Under the pieces are notes generated by a model. That model was given only the letters and a program-made list of their open reading frames with translations. It was not told the origin of the DNA and did not search any database. From positions 3,782,001 to 3,846,000 of the forward strand of contig OZ024754.1 in the NCBI GenBank assembly GCA_964016885.1: a stretch of DNA of 64,000 bases, given 5' to 3'. The stretch's first letter is position 1, and every line of letters begins with the position of its first letter. Positions 28,908-42,899 of the stretch are shown in pieces. This DNA comes from Eledone cirrhosa (lineage: Eukaryota). A program made the translations under genes and the position numbers.

Positions 28908-31900
28908 AGAGGAAAGGACTTAAAAATCAGAATTTAACATCTGGTAAGTAATATTGAGCTAAATGTGTTCATAAAGATTATAATGATAATATAGTGTGAT
29001 GATTAAAGATATAAATAGGGCGTTGGATTTAATTACTGCTTGTATGTATTAGCTGGGGTAAAGGAAATATCTATCAATACTTCTATATAAAGATGTTGCA
29101 GAGATTTTGTCACTGTTAAATCGTTTAGAGATAGCACAAGTTGATAAGGAATAAATATACATGTATACGTCAAGTAACGTATGGTTGTAAGAGTCATTTT
29201 TATATACACACACGAACACACACACATACGCGCATGTTTCTTTGGCTCTTAATAGTATATAATTGTTTCTACAGTTTTGGGGGGTTTTTTTAGTATATAA
29301 TGCGATGAAAAAATTCAAAGATCCATTCAACATTTTATGTGTGCTATTAAATGCTAATCATGACCCTACCATGATGTAATTCTTTCAGTAACACTGTTTC
29401 ATTGTAGATCAAGTCACTTATCACAAAATATATATCAGACTTTTAACTCCTTTGATTCAGTTTCATATATCTCGGAAATTTAATTGAGTTTCTTGTGTTT
29501 TATGTCAATGACGCCAACATATCAAACCAGATCCATTAATACTTTTGACAGTGAGCTTTCAATGTTTCCATCATCTAAACATAAGACTCGTTAAATTTAC
29601 ATGAAAGTGGCCGGGTATTCCACAGACAGCTAAACGTAATTACTGCATCGAATTAGCAACACAAAATATTTTATACTAGTGGATCTTTGAATTTCATAGA
29701 TAATACATCTGACCGTCTTCCACAAATATTCCTCCTACCCAGTTTCACCTACAAGGGTTTGGTTAAACTGCATATATGGTAAGGAATACCTGTCTAACGA
29801 ACTTTGCTATAGGATCAAGCCTGCTACAGCCCCTTTCATAAGAACGTAAAATTGCAGGCATGAAGGACAGGTTTTAAATAAAACAATTTGTAAATAAAAA
29901 TTCATGTAAATCCGAATAACGTCTTTTTTACTTTTCATCAAACACATATTCATATTTCTATTTAATGTCGAAGTGTCCCTATCGTGTGAAATTGGACCAC
30001 ATTCATTATATTAATTACTCGATTCACCTTGTTTTCGTAAATTACATTTCAAATTTTCTCATGTCATTTTAGGGCCACCTAAAACTATATCATTCACATG
30101 GCTGTGTCGCGAAACTTTAGAAAGTTGCAACGTAGGATATAACGTCCACGTTGATAATATTGTCGAATCTTCAGCAGTGAATTATATTTGAGATCGAGAA
30201 CTCTGTGTACAGTAAGGCATGTAATTAGTGACACGTGGGTTTGATATTTATGTTGTTTTTATTTATTATGTTCGATAAGTTTCTGTTGCTAAGAAAATTT
30301 GATTAACATTTAAAAACAATTGTTAAAATGTATCTTCAATATGGAAAGTTTAGAAACCGCTGTTCTATGAGATTTTTATGGGGTCGGTTTTAAAGCTTAT
30401 TAAAGGTAGCTAGTTTTAGTAGGACATATGGCCATACAGAATAACTTATATATGGGTATGTCATATAATCCGGTCGATTTAATCCAAGATTACACATTCC
30501 CAAGAAAATTAGAAGTGATTGTTTAACATAAACTTCGGGAGGTCTCTATACATCTGGGTTATATCTTCTAAACACAATGTTGCCAGAAATACCCTAGGAA
30601 TATATAGTTCCGTTACTGGAAATTTCTAACAACAATTGCTTATTATATATTATTTATACAATCGGAATATTGGATCGTTCATCACAGTGTAACGCTAGAG
30701 GAAAGGGATTTTGACATTCCTTTTTTATTATTTGCTGGCCTTCTCAGATGTAGAATTCTTATTGATAAATCAATAAGAACCGGCGAAATATTGAGGCTAG
30801 TTCAATCGAATATATTTCTTCGCTGCAAGTATTTTTCTTCCATCGAAGAAACCAATAAGACTTGGATGAAGACAATAATACGTGAAATACATCAATATGT
30901 TATTTAGTACTCTAATATTGCACTTCTGTGAAAATATGAAGTACTCCCAGATGGACGTATAATAGAATAAGTAAATTAAACAATTTCAAAAATATTGATC
31001 TAGAAGTGTGTTTTGACCTGTGTTTCGGATCAGAGTATGTATTTATACTAGAAATCTATATATGTATATATACAGTACAGAATCCATCTAGATAGATCTT
31101 ATATATATATTTTCACATTGTGTATATGAACATGTAAACATGTCAAATTCATATATTTCCCTGTAAATAAAAAAAAAAGATGATAAATATCTTTAATCAA
31201 CATTCGAACGTCTTCGGTTTTCTGCAGGTTTGGAAGTTGATTATAATATAGAAGAGTGGATTCTAATCAGTCAATAGCTGCTATAAATTTATATCTGATG
31301 TGTCAGAGATAAGACTGCATAAATGTATATGTAAATGTACTTTTATATATATTTAAATTTAACTGTCCACCTTAAAGCCAACAACGTCAATGGTATGACC
31401 AGACAAATGTACGTAACTCCATAGGAGTTAAACAGAATAAACAGAATATATCCTTGAGCTTGAAATCCATAAAAAAAATTTAATTGACGATTATTCAATA
31501 ACCCAATTATACAGCAGAGTCTGTATATGGCTGTTTGTTCTCCTAGAATTAGCAGCAAATATTTTCTGAGTGTAGATTGTAACGTTTGACAATGTATTCC
31601 TGGATATATGCACATAGAGAAAGAGAAACTGCGAGAGGATTAGGACAGTATGAAACATTTGGATCGGGTGGTAAGGAACAAAAGAAGAAGAACAACAACA
31701 ACAATGATAAGAACAGAAGCAACAGCGACACAAAATAATAAAATCACCAAGCAACAACTTAAATAACAAAAACAGCAACAAAAACAGCAACCAAAAAAAA
31801 AAAAAACAAGGACCACATCAGCAACAAGAAAAAAAAAATAACAACGAGAAAAACGACAATTATATTTAAAACAAGAAAAAATAATGTTATACGTATGAAC

Positions 31901-32767
31901 AAACAAAAAAAATTAAAAGTATACTGTAAGCAAAAACCTAAAAAAATCTTCAAAAATCGATAAATTCACGTTTTTAATCAAGTCCAACTTTGAGAAGTAA
32001 ATTTCATTTGAAGAACAGGCGAATTCAATTACATATTGTTTCATCGTATTATGCATGTGAAAACGTTTACAATTTTCCTTTTATAATCACAAAATATAAT
32101 TATAAATTAGTCTTAATTTCTTCATGCTTAGTTGTATATGTGTGTTTTTCTTTTCTTACTATTGTGATCTTCACACGACCTGGTTTATTATATTTTTTTT
32201 TGTAAAACTAGCGTATTTGTGTATAGGTTTAATGAATTATCTAACATGCTACGTTAATAAATAACGAGAAGACGGTTTTAAATTTGGGGGCAAAAATCGT
32301 TTATCCTTCTAATATAATTAGTGCCTCTTTCGTCGTTGTTGCTGTTCTTTTTGATTTAATAAAAACGATCTGTTTAGTATAATATATTACTACGTGCCTG
32401 CTTTGCAATAACTAAGTGTCGCTGTATATGTCTTAAGAATGCTAAGCATATATACGTTGTTTTGTTGCCATTTCGGTGTGTATATATATGCGTGCGTGTG
32501 TGTGTTAGTGTGTGTGCGTGTGTGTGTGTGTGTGTGTTAGTGTGTGCGTGTGTGTGCATATGAACATTCGTTGAACAGGATGTTATAAGAAAGATGGAAT
32601 TATTATTGTTATATATGTTGTTCTTTTTAGCATCGTCATCAACATCCTCATCATATTCATCATCATTGTTTAATTTCACAGTGAAGCAGATTTTGATGTA
32701 GGCCAACGGTAGATGTCATAACATATATTTATACATACATACATTTAACTAAACACATAAACACACT

Positions 32768-32796
<29 letters not shown>

Positions 32797-32799
<3 letters not shown>

Positions 32800-32938
32800 T
32801 TCTGGACTCAGTCCAGAAATAGCCGTCGAAACGGCTTGAGCTCTGCCGTCGGGGTTAAACATTTTCGTATTACCCACTCTAAGTATTGAGTACTCTGGTG
32901 CATTATGGTCCATCTAGTTCCTTACCACACTTCCTTCG

Positions 32939-32940
<2 letters not shown>
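32797..32940 (+). mobile_element. Family B insert with mini fold-back at its 5' end
   Basis: tatttctggactcagtccagaaata hairpin, then gccgtcGAAACGGC...GCCGTCgggg; (TA)n on both sides. Confidence 0.8.
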
Positions 32941-33029
<89 letters not shown>

Positions 33030-33039
33030 TAAATGATGT

Positions 33040-33162
33040 CATTATCTTCATTCTTAAGGGCTCGATAAAATAAAGTACCAGTCACGCACTGAGGTCGATT
33101 TAATCGAATCTCCACCTCCTAAAAAATTGCTGGCCATGTGCCTATATAAGAAACCATTATTA
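33040..33162 (+). mobile_element. SINE 3' portion (long variant)
   Basis: tcgataaaataaagtaccag...gtcgatttaatcga...ggccatgtgcctatataagaaacc. Confidence 0.75.
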
Positions 33163-33606
33163 ATATCATTAGTATCACTGTGGCATTTCTTCGTGGGGAA
33201 AAAAGACTCTTTCCTTACAGAAATAGGATTTCTTTTTGTGTGTTGTTTCAATTTATTCCTGTTAATTTTTATATAAAATAAAATCTATTTCTTAAAAATA
33301 CGGTAACTACATTTACTAAGTTAGGAATCGATTCTATTTCTTTGGAGTTCTTCTTTAACCTTTTTCTGACTGATTGCTTTTATGTGTGAAATAATCCAAT
33401 CAAAGGTTCGCTTGTTATAAGATATCATTTAAAATGTCTTTCGTTGAAATTTGCTATTATTTTAATTCATTGAATTAAAACATTTTACGGTGTCTTGTTA
33501 TTTTCTAATTCTATTTCTTCTTTTATATTTATTTATTTTCATTAAATTGAATTCCTGATACCAGCTTGTAGAAATATTTTCATTCTGAAAAATCTAAAAT
33601 TTTGTT

Positions 33607-33691
<85 letters not shown>

Positions 33692-33741
33692 ATGTATGTG
33701 TGTATATATTTATATAAATATATATATATATATATATATAA

Positions 33742-33789
<48 letters not shown>

Positions 33790-33808
33790 GTATATATATG
33801 TACATATA

Positions 33809-33886
<78 letters not shown>

Positions 33887-33895
<9 letters not shown>

Positions 33896-34648
33896 TATAA
33901 CCCACCATATAATATGGAGTTGGTCACACCATTAGCTAAGATCTTTCTCTCCCTTATTATGAACCATTTTCCCCCTACACATAAATATAGTAACATTTTT
34001 AATAGAAATACTATTAAAATTTCTTACTCTACGACTCCTAACCTTGCACATAACATCACAGCTTCAAATTTAGCTAAACTACCTAGCCGTAGGAACACGT
34101 GCAACCCTGTAGTTAGTATTAACTGTAATTGTAGAAATCGGTTTGACTGCCCCCTATCCGGTAAATGCCTCTCTAGTAACATTGTCTACAAATGTAAGGT
34201 TGAAACACCAACGTCCCGTAGGGCCTACATAGGGTTAACCGCCAATAGATTCAAGCAGCGTCTTTACATGCATACCCATTCTTTTCATTACCCTTTAAGA
34301 AGGAACATGACGTCACTTTCAGCTTATATCTGGAGTCTAAAAGACATCCACACCCAATATAAGTTACACTGGGAGATCCTAGCTAGGGCTAGATCGTATA
34401 ACGGAAATAAAAGATCATGTGACCTCTGCGCCGCTGAGGCCCTGGAAATACTCTACGCCAAAGACAACATCTTAAACAAAAAATCTGAGGCAATTTCGGC
34501 TTGTAAACATAAATTTCACAAAACTTTCCTGTATTACAGCCCCACATTATACCCTAACGGATATTACGAACTATACGCGGATATTTTACGTCTTTATGTG
34601 GTAGCTAAGTATATGTTATTTTATACCATTACTTATTTGTATAGGTAA
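33887..34648 (+). CDS. Penelope-like element ORF C-terminus (post-RT region, Cys-rich linker, GIY-YIG endonuclease), Naiad-type, 5'-truncated
   Basis: IWYNPPY...[10 protein letters not shown]...[12 protein letters not shown]; [15 protein letters not shown]; IVY...YIGLT..FKQR...H; TSLS.YIW.LK; W.IL; CDLC..E; LNKKSE...CKH. About 250 codons without a stop. The upstream part of the track ORF is (TA)n. Confidence 0.9.
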
Positions 34649-35573
34649 GTATATATTACCTGTATGTTTTGTGAAGGTACGTATTTTTGATTGTATATGT
34701 TATGGCGTATATATTATATATTCTGGTACATATGCTTTTGGTTATGTGTATACGTGAGTTTTGCGTCAGTGTGAGTATGCGGGTTCGTACGTATGTAGGG
34801 TGTGTGTATATGTGTACTTTGTGTTTTGGTTGACGTGCATCTCCGAACATATGTCTATTTACATGTAGGTATGTGTGTGCGTTTGTTATATACGTATTTA
34901 TTTATTTATATACGTTTATTTAATTATATGTATACACTCACACACATATATATATATATTTGTTTTATATATATTTTTATGTGTATTTGGTGTTACATTC
35001 GTATGCGTGCGGGTACAGGCGTTGCGTGGGTTCTGTATGTGCGTGCGTGTTTTTTTGTTGTTGTTTTTTGTGTACCTGCGTGTATTTGTATACCTAGGGC
35101 GAGTGTTTTGCGTATGCTTGTGTATGTACGTATATGGATGCGTGTATGTATTTATTTAATTTCAATTACCTCTGTATTTTATTTACTTTATTCTTAACTC
35201 TGAAGCCTAAATCATTCGGTTTCCTAGTTAGAATTCTAGTCTACGACTTCAGTTATACTATTTAAGTGGTTTTGTCTTTGCGTGCAATTGTTCTTCCCGC
35301 TCCACATATGACGTATTTTCTTCGTTTTTTTCGTTCATTGCCAGAGAACGTCTCTATGAACCACCTAATAGAATATTAGTCTACGAATTCTTTTATACCA
35401 TAAACATGCTTTTGTCTTTGCGTGTAATTGTTTTTCACCGGTCCAAATAATGACGTATTATTCGTTTTTTTCCCAGGCAACGTTTCCACGAACCAAGAGT
35501 ATCGTCTTCCTGTCTTCCTTCGGTTGCAACGTTTTTTGAAATATTCACTTCTGCGTTCACAGATTCACTTGTT

Positions 35574-35624
35574 AGTTTCAGAAGATCCCGTTAAGGGTGA
35601 AAGCAGCTATTCTTTGCTTAAACT
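35574..35624 (+). ncRNA. Type I hammerhead-like fold, family A (CAGAAGA core)
   Basis: AGTTT-CAGAAGA-tCCCgttaaGGGt-GAAA-GCA...TGC-TT-AAACT: stems I, II and III all form, in the correct order. Confidence 0.5.
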
Positions 35625-35635
35625 TTAATCTGTTA

Positions 35636-35668
<33 letters not shown>

Positions 35669-35706
35669 TCTTATGCTTTGGGATGGTCATGTTGCAAATT
35701 CAGAAA

Positions 35707-35793
<87 letters not shown>

Positions 35794-35794
35794 A

Positions 35795-36388
<594 letters not shown>

Positions 36389-36964
36389 CTATTCGAAAAT
36401 GAAGTTGATTATGCAATTGTAATCTTTAAGTAGATTTATAAAATATAAACGTTACCGGTTTCAACTTTGTATGATTTTCAAAAGATAAATGAGAAGGAAG
36501 GATGTGCGGCTATGAGGATGCGCGTCGCATCTGATGCTTTTGTATAATATTTTTACCTTGCAACAAAATTTGAATCGCATAATTTAGATTTTGCTGATTA
36601 AATACCTTTACATTTTTCATAAAGAAACCGTGAATTTATTAAATAATTTCCTCGTAGTTTATCTGAAAAGTGCTAAAATGGGCGTAGATATATTTTTGTA
36701 TTGAAGTTTTTCCCTTACAGAGATAAAAATTCAATATTTTATCACTTCATCAGTGGATCGTTAAGTAAATACTTTATTTAAATCCATTTTCTGTTTGTTA
36801 ATTTTATGAAGGAATCTAAAGGAATTTGCTTGGAAATTTCATTAAATTTGGGTGTGTACTTTGAAAAAAATAATCATCAGCAATGTATCTATCTTGTAAG
36901 TCACTTTAGATTTTATCACATTACATTCTATACGACAAAATTACTATTACTGCTGCTGCTGTTG

Positions 36965-37013
<49 letters not shown>

Positions 37014-37029
37014 AATTCTTCTTCTTGTT

Positions 37030-37442
37030 AGGTTGCCTTTCATCCTTACTCGGTCGATAAAATAAAGTACCAGTAACGCACTGGGGTTGTTTTATTCGAC
37101 TTATCCCTTTCCCGTCGAAAATTGGTGGCCTTGTGCCTAAATTAGAAACCATTATCGGTAGAGGGTCGGACGCCATGCTTTGACGCATAGAGTTACGGCC
37201 CTTGCCATTCTGAGTTCAAATCCCGCCAAGGTTAACTTTGCCATTCATCCTTACGGGGTCGATAAAATAAAGTACCAGTAATGTACTGTGTAATTGCTGG
37301 CCTTGTGCCAAAAATAGAAACAATTATTATCATAATGATTTAAAGGTTAAATTTGCCTTTCATCCTTACGGGGTCGATAAAATAAAGTACCAGTAATGCA
37401 CTGGATAATTGCTCATCTTGTGCCAAAAGTAGAAACAATTAT
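37030..37442 (+). mobile_element. Tandem cluster of three 5'-truncated SINE copies
   Basis: About 37030-37152, 37153-37328 and 37345-37442, each with central domain and tail. Confidence 0.88.
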
Positions 37443-38883
37443 TATAATAATTATTATTTCTGAATTCAGAAACATTGCTTCATACTTAAGCACAAACGCG
37501 CGCACACTCACACACATACACACATTACCGTCTTGGTAAAGACACATTGGATAAACGGATGGCGTGACTAAGATTGGAACAACATTGAGAAAACCTCAAC
37601 AATATATCAACAAAATTAATAACTCCCACGACGAACCACATCACTGTTTGCTGCCTAATTTTAGACAATAATATAAAGGACAGTGATGATATGAAGATTT
37701 GTGAGAAATCTTTTTCGCAAAGGGTGTCAGTCTCCACATCATTGCAAGCTTTTTAGCGATACTGTTATAGATGTGCTTATATAAAATTTATTCAAAGAAA
37801 TATTCAAAAGGTCATTTACATATAAGCAGCTTAATATTCAAGACTTTATTTCCAAATTTAAACTCTTAAAATATTTCCTTGAATCTATATAGATAACGTC
37901 TCAACTAAATGCACATCGAATGTTATTAGAGTAGTGTTTGTTGTTGTGGGAGGTGATGTTGTTATTTTGCCCATGTTATATAATATTATTGATACTGTTA
38001 GTTTCTGAAATCTACTCATGCGTTCACTTTATTTACATTTTTATATTATAATTTAAAATTCATTAAAATAATTTTTCGCGATAAAAGAACTTAACAACAA
38101 TGATTTGAATAATGAAGAGGTGATTAAAACTGTTTCAATATAAAGTTGAAGAGTCTCTTAACATTTAAACCATTAATATCAGTAAATTAGACTAATCAGA
38201 GAAATTAATCTTCTAATTGCTGTTGTTACTTTTGTTGATATTGTGTAAAACTTTATTGTTTATATGCAATCGCTCTTAAGATATAAATATTTATTTCCCT
38301 CACGCAAACATAACCACATACATATTCTCTCTCAAAACAGCCTTCATGTTATCCTACCCAACCACTATGTCTTTCTCTATTACTCAGATATACATGCAAA
38401 AACTTACACCGTTATGCACGTTTATGTATATTTTCATATATTGTGAAGTAGCTGTCGCTGATTACATTGTAACAAAGTATTGGACACAGGAAGATGCTAC
38501 AGAGTTATTTACACTTTAATGGCCACATCTTAGAAATTTAATGTTTTTCGAGTTTCATAATTAAAAAAAAAAATTAGTTATCGAATAAAAATTAAAACAA
38601 GCACACACACATATATAAAAGTATATATATATATATATATGCATATATATACACAAATATATATATATACATATATATATGTGTATATATATATACATAA
38701 TTATATATCTATGTGTATATATATATATAAATATATATATGCATATATATACACAAATATATATATATATACATATATATATGTGTATATATATACATAA
38801 TTATATATATATGTGTATATATATATATATATAAATATATATATATATGTGTGTGTGTATATATATATACATATATATATATA

Positions 38884-38921
<38 letters not shown>

Positions 38922-38925
<4 letters not shown>

Positions 38926-39265
38926 TCTCCTTTGTCCTGTCCTACGCCATTTCCAACAAAATGGCGTAGGACAGAACAAAGGAGAGGCACAGAAACAAAG
39001 AAAGGAATCCCCAGTCACTGAATAGGTCACAGAGTGTGTGACGAAAGAACTATGACTATATATAAACAACTATCTGGTTGTGGAACCAACCAACCAGAAA
39101 TTTATAAATTTATAAATTTATTATAAATTTATTATAATAAATTGAAGTGAAAGCAACTGGTGCGTGTGTTTCTTATTGGCAACATGACCCTCCCAAAGTG
39201 TAACAATATCGGTTTCAACACACGATTTCAGATAAAGAATCTTGCTAAACAAATTCAGAAACGAA
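38922..39265 (+). mobile_element. Family C (TA)n-embedded hammerhead-bearing insert with 5' fold-back (38922-38989)
   Basis: Homologous to the reverse complement of 63065-63313; hairpin tgcctctcctttgtcctgtcctacgccattt/aaatggcgtaggacagaacaaaggagaggca. Confidence 0.8.
39013..39057 (+). ncRNA. Type I hammerhead, family C (G8 mutated copy)
   Basis: AGTCA-CTGAATA-g-GTCAC agagtgt GTGAC-GAAA-gaac-TA-TGACT. Confidence 0.55.
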
Positions 39266-39271
39266 ATATAT

Positions 39272-39321
<50 letters not shown>

Positions 39322-39533
39322 ATCTGTGTGTGTATACATGTACACGAAACGTCTTCATTATATATATATATATATATGTGTGTATGTATGTATGTATGTA
39401 TGTATGTATGTATGTATGTATGTATGTATGTATATATGTATGTATGAATGTATGTATGTATGTATGTATGTATGTATGTATGTATGTATGTATGTATGTA
39501 TGTATGTATGTATGTATATATGTATGTATGTAT

Positions 39534-39556
39534 GTTCTTCTGGTTTTATAATTTCA
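39534..39556 (-). mobile_element. R4/Dong-type extreme 3' end abutting (ATAC)n
   Basis: Reverse complement tgaaattataaaaccagaagaac is identical to 22223-22245. Confidence 0.7.
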
Positions 39557-39586
39557 ATAAATAAAAATATATATATATATATTTAT

Positions 39587-39722
39587 AGTTGGGATCTAGC
39601 TGTCGAAACGGCCGGGGCTTAGCCGTCGGGGTCCTGACTCTTTTCCTATTACCCACTCTACCAACCTAAGTAGAGTACTCTGGTGCGTTATGGTCCACCT
39701 TGTATCTTACCACACCCTCTTT

Positions 39723-39726
<4 letters not shown>
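39587..39726 (+). mobile_element. Family B insert (single arm)
   Basis: agttgggatctagctgtcGAAACGGC...GCCGTCggggtcc...; (TA)n on both sides. Confidence 0.8.
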
Positions 39727-39766
<40 letters not shown>

Positions 39767-39770
<4 letters not shown>

Positions 39771-40308
39771 TGGCTGCCAACTCGTTTTCGAGTACGGCCA
39801 CTACTTTATATCCATGTAGGAGAACGCCTACCGATGCGCTGACGAGTGTGACTTTTTAGTCCAGCCAGCGACTTGAAAACTCTGGTACAAACACTACACT
39901 TGTGACAATTATTGACACAGTGCTGGGCCCATGGTACCATGTGACGACAAGTGCAGAGAGATCTCCAGATATAAAGCAATGCCTGTGCTGTGAAGCTTTT
40001 ATAGTGAGCAAAGGCACTGCACAAAGCCAGTCCCACTCTCTTAACCAAGATGATATTTACCAAAAAGAAGAACAAGTCAACATCATTGGATACCATCAGG
40101 GTTACAGGTGTTATATCAGAGTTTTCCTTCTCCTAGAATTCTGCCCTGAAAAAGGCTAAGGGGTCATCTCTCCCGGTGATTTTGGTTGGCCATTGACTCT
40201 TAAGAGCTCCTTTGCCCTTTGACAGGTTTTGTTTTTAGTCCTGCAGGATGTCCAAAGTCACCCTCCTCACCAAGAAACCTTGATGGGGTTGCCAGTTTAG
40301 TCGCCAAC
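39767..40308 (-). mobile_element. Internally deleted RTE-derived non-autonomous element (~540 bp)
   Basis: 3' part encodes CHKCSVCTRVFKSLAGLKSHTR and ends gtggccgtactcgaaaacgagttggcagccacc; 5' part homologous to 7565-7990. Confidence 0.65.
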
Positions 40309-40317
40309 ATACATACA

Positions 40318-40354
40318 TTGGTAAAACTTTGTGAAATTATAAAACCAGAAGAAC
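40318..40354 (+). mobile_element. R4/Dong-type extreme 3' end in (ATAC)n
   Basis: tttgtgaaattataaaaccagaagaac followed by atacatacatac. Confidence 0.7.
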
Positions 40355-40544
40355 ATACATACATACATAAAAACATACATACATACACACATACATATAC
40401 ACACACATATATATATAATGAAGACGTTTTGTGTACATGTTTTGTTTTATTATGTATGGACATGTCCCACATGTATCGCAAATGATTGACTCAAGTTTAC
40501 CTATGGAATCTATGGACCCAACTCAACAGGCTGAATCACCTACA

Positions 40545-40662
40545 TTAAGTTCAAATCTCAAAAAGGTTAACTTTGCCTTTTATCCTTACGGGGTCGATAA
40601 AATAAAGTACCAGTAATGCACTGGGATAATTGCTGGCCTTGCGCCAAAAGTAGAAACAATTA
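40545..40662 (+). mobile_element. 5'-truncated SINE copy
   Basis: B box through tail. Confidence 0.85.
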
Positions 40663-40994
40663 TATATATTTATATATTCATGCCTCGCGAAAATATCATC
40701 AATATTAGAAGTGGAACTCCTATAATAATAAACGCATATATTGATTTATATTTCGATCTATTGACCACAGAACGACGTAAAGAACGGTAATTTGACAGTA
40801 TGATTCTGTCAATCCACCTCCTCCGGGTTGATAATTATTGACTGGAACCAGAAATACAGATTCTCAGATTAGAAAGACTCGGTAACAGCACTGGTTTTAT
40901 TGTTGACGACTCTAGGATTGAAAAAAATATACCATAAACACAACAGTATTCAATTCGTCGTTCGTACCTCGTTTTCTTCTTTTTCAAAATTATA

Positions 40995-41150
40995 CCGTAT
41001 TTCCCGGCGCTACTTTTTTCCTAAAATACGTCTAAAAAAATGAATCATGCGTCCTGGAGGCCGAAGGTTGTTTATGATTTTTTTTCAAATTTTTGGTTGT
41101 CAAAATTACGGTGCGTCCCCGAAGATGATGCGTTTTCGGCGCCGGGAAAT
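40995..41150. mobile_element. Tc1/mariner-pogo type MITE remnant
   Basis: TA|ccgtatttcccggcgc ... gcgccgggaaat inverted ends; outer bases of the right end are missing. Confidence 0.5.
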
Positions 41151-41201
41151 TAATATATATCATAACACAATGAAAACCTCATTATATTTTCTTCTTTCAA
41201 A

Positions 41202-41388
41202 GGGCGGTGGATTAGCAGTAGCGGTAGAAGGCCGAACCACAAGCGTTGCAGCATAGAGTCACGCCCATTTGCCGTCTGAGTTCAAATCCCGCCGAGGTAA
41301 AATTTGGCTTTCATCCTTACGGGGTCAATAAATAAAATACCAGTAATGCATTGGGATAATTGGTGGCCTTGTGCCAAAAGAGAAAGCA
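41202..41388 (+). mobile_element. SINE copy with imperfect ~18-bp TSD
   Basis: attatattttcttctttc on the left versus attatctcttcttctttc on the right. Confidence 0.88.
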
Positions 41389-41492
41389 ATTATCTCTTCT
41401 TCTTTCTGTCGTTCCTTTAGAATTTCCGTCCTTCATTCACTGAAAGTTTTAACTTCCGAATTTATATATGAACATATCTCCACCCAGCTATT

Positions 41493-41582
<90 letters not shown>

Positions 41583-41803
41583 AGTATATAGACAACAGAC
41601 GGAATATTTTGTAACACTAGCGCAACTGTATTTATAAATAGACGCGAAAAGCTGTCAACACGTTCCTTCACAATTCTGCAGATAAAAGTTAACCGTTAAT
41701 GTTTATATATATCAGTTTAATAACAGTAAACGGACACACACATGAATACACGCTAAAGTGACACCCCCAAAATATATATGTTTATATATATATATATATG
41801 TAT

Positions 41804-41870
<67 letters not shown>

Positions 41871-41871
41871 C

Positions 41872-41933
<62 letters not shown>

Positions 41934-42627
41934 ATAATAGAATATAAAAGAAAAACGAACACAGACATATACATATATGTGTTCAAATCTTAAGGGGCCT
42001 GATTCGCTAAGGTGAAAAGAATACTAACTATAGACAATAGGGTTCGCTTGTCTCAATTTAGGAAAAAAATTAAGAAAATAAATACATTAGAAATTACGAG
42101 ATTCAGGATCTGGAATCCAATAAAGGATTAGAATAAGGCTACGTAAATATACGTATATATTTGCTAGCATTGATATGCATCTGTATGTATATATATGTTA
42201 CTAGATATATTAATTCTTTATAATTATCTCCAAATTATTTGTCGAGCAATATTGGCCAAGACTGCTGCTATGGTAGCAGGCAGGCCGCTGTCTTCTTAAC
42301 AAACCACTTTCCATTGATTTGATTGACCTCGATGTCACGTGATTGATTCTTTTTGAATTTGCCACCGACGCAGTAGGCAGTGATTTTCTCAATGGCTAGG
42401 AACTCAGTCCACGCTTTGTTATTTTCTATCCACTGAATTATTTTTGTATAAATTCCCAGAGTCCCCGCTTTGCCTGGAAACTTAGCTGAGAATAGACTTC
42501 CCTGACGACGAAATGATTCTTTATATTTTCTTCGGAAAGTATACTTATTCCATTTCAGAAACTAATTAGTTGGGAGTGAAATTTTAGTAAGTAAGTTAAT
42601 TTTATAATTTTCTTATTTTACGTCTCT

Positions 42628-42727
<100 letters not shown>

Positions 42728-42728
42728 T

Positions 42729-42777
<49 letters not shown>

Positions 42778-42778
42778 T

Positions 42779-42899
<121 letters not shown>

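Larger units (their letters stand above)
33887..35642 (+). mobile_element. Penelope-like retroelement including probable 3' UTR/pLTR (family A terminus)
   Basis: ORF, low-complexity UTR, ~135-bp tandem duplication (about 35229-35495) and hammerhead-like motif, bounded by (TA)n at both ends. Linkage of the ORF to the terminus is inferred from contiguity. Confidence 0.7.

Noticed and set aside
33602-33886. N-terminal part of the 348-aa ORF
   Set aside because: It is (TA)n that happens to be in frame with the PLE fragment.
35310-35500. Possible SECIS elements (ATGA motifs in the PLE 3' region)
   Set aside because: No convincing helix II, apical AA or closing GA by eye, and no in-frame TGA in the visible ORF.
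42500-42552. CTGACGA-cgaa...ttcg-GAAA-gtatact hammerhead-like string
   Set aside because: No stem I pairing and single copy; may be a decayed motif or chance.
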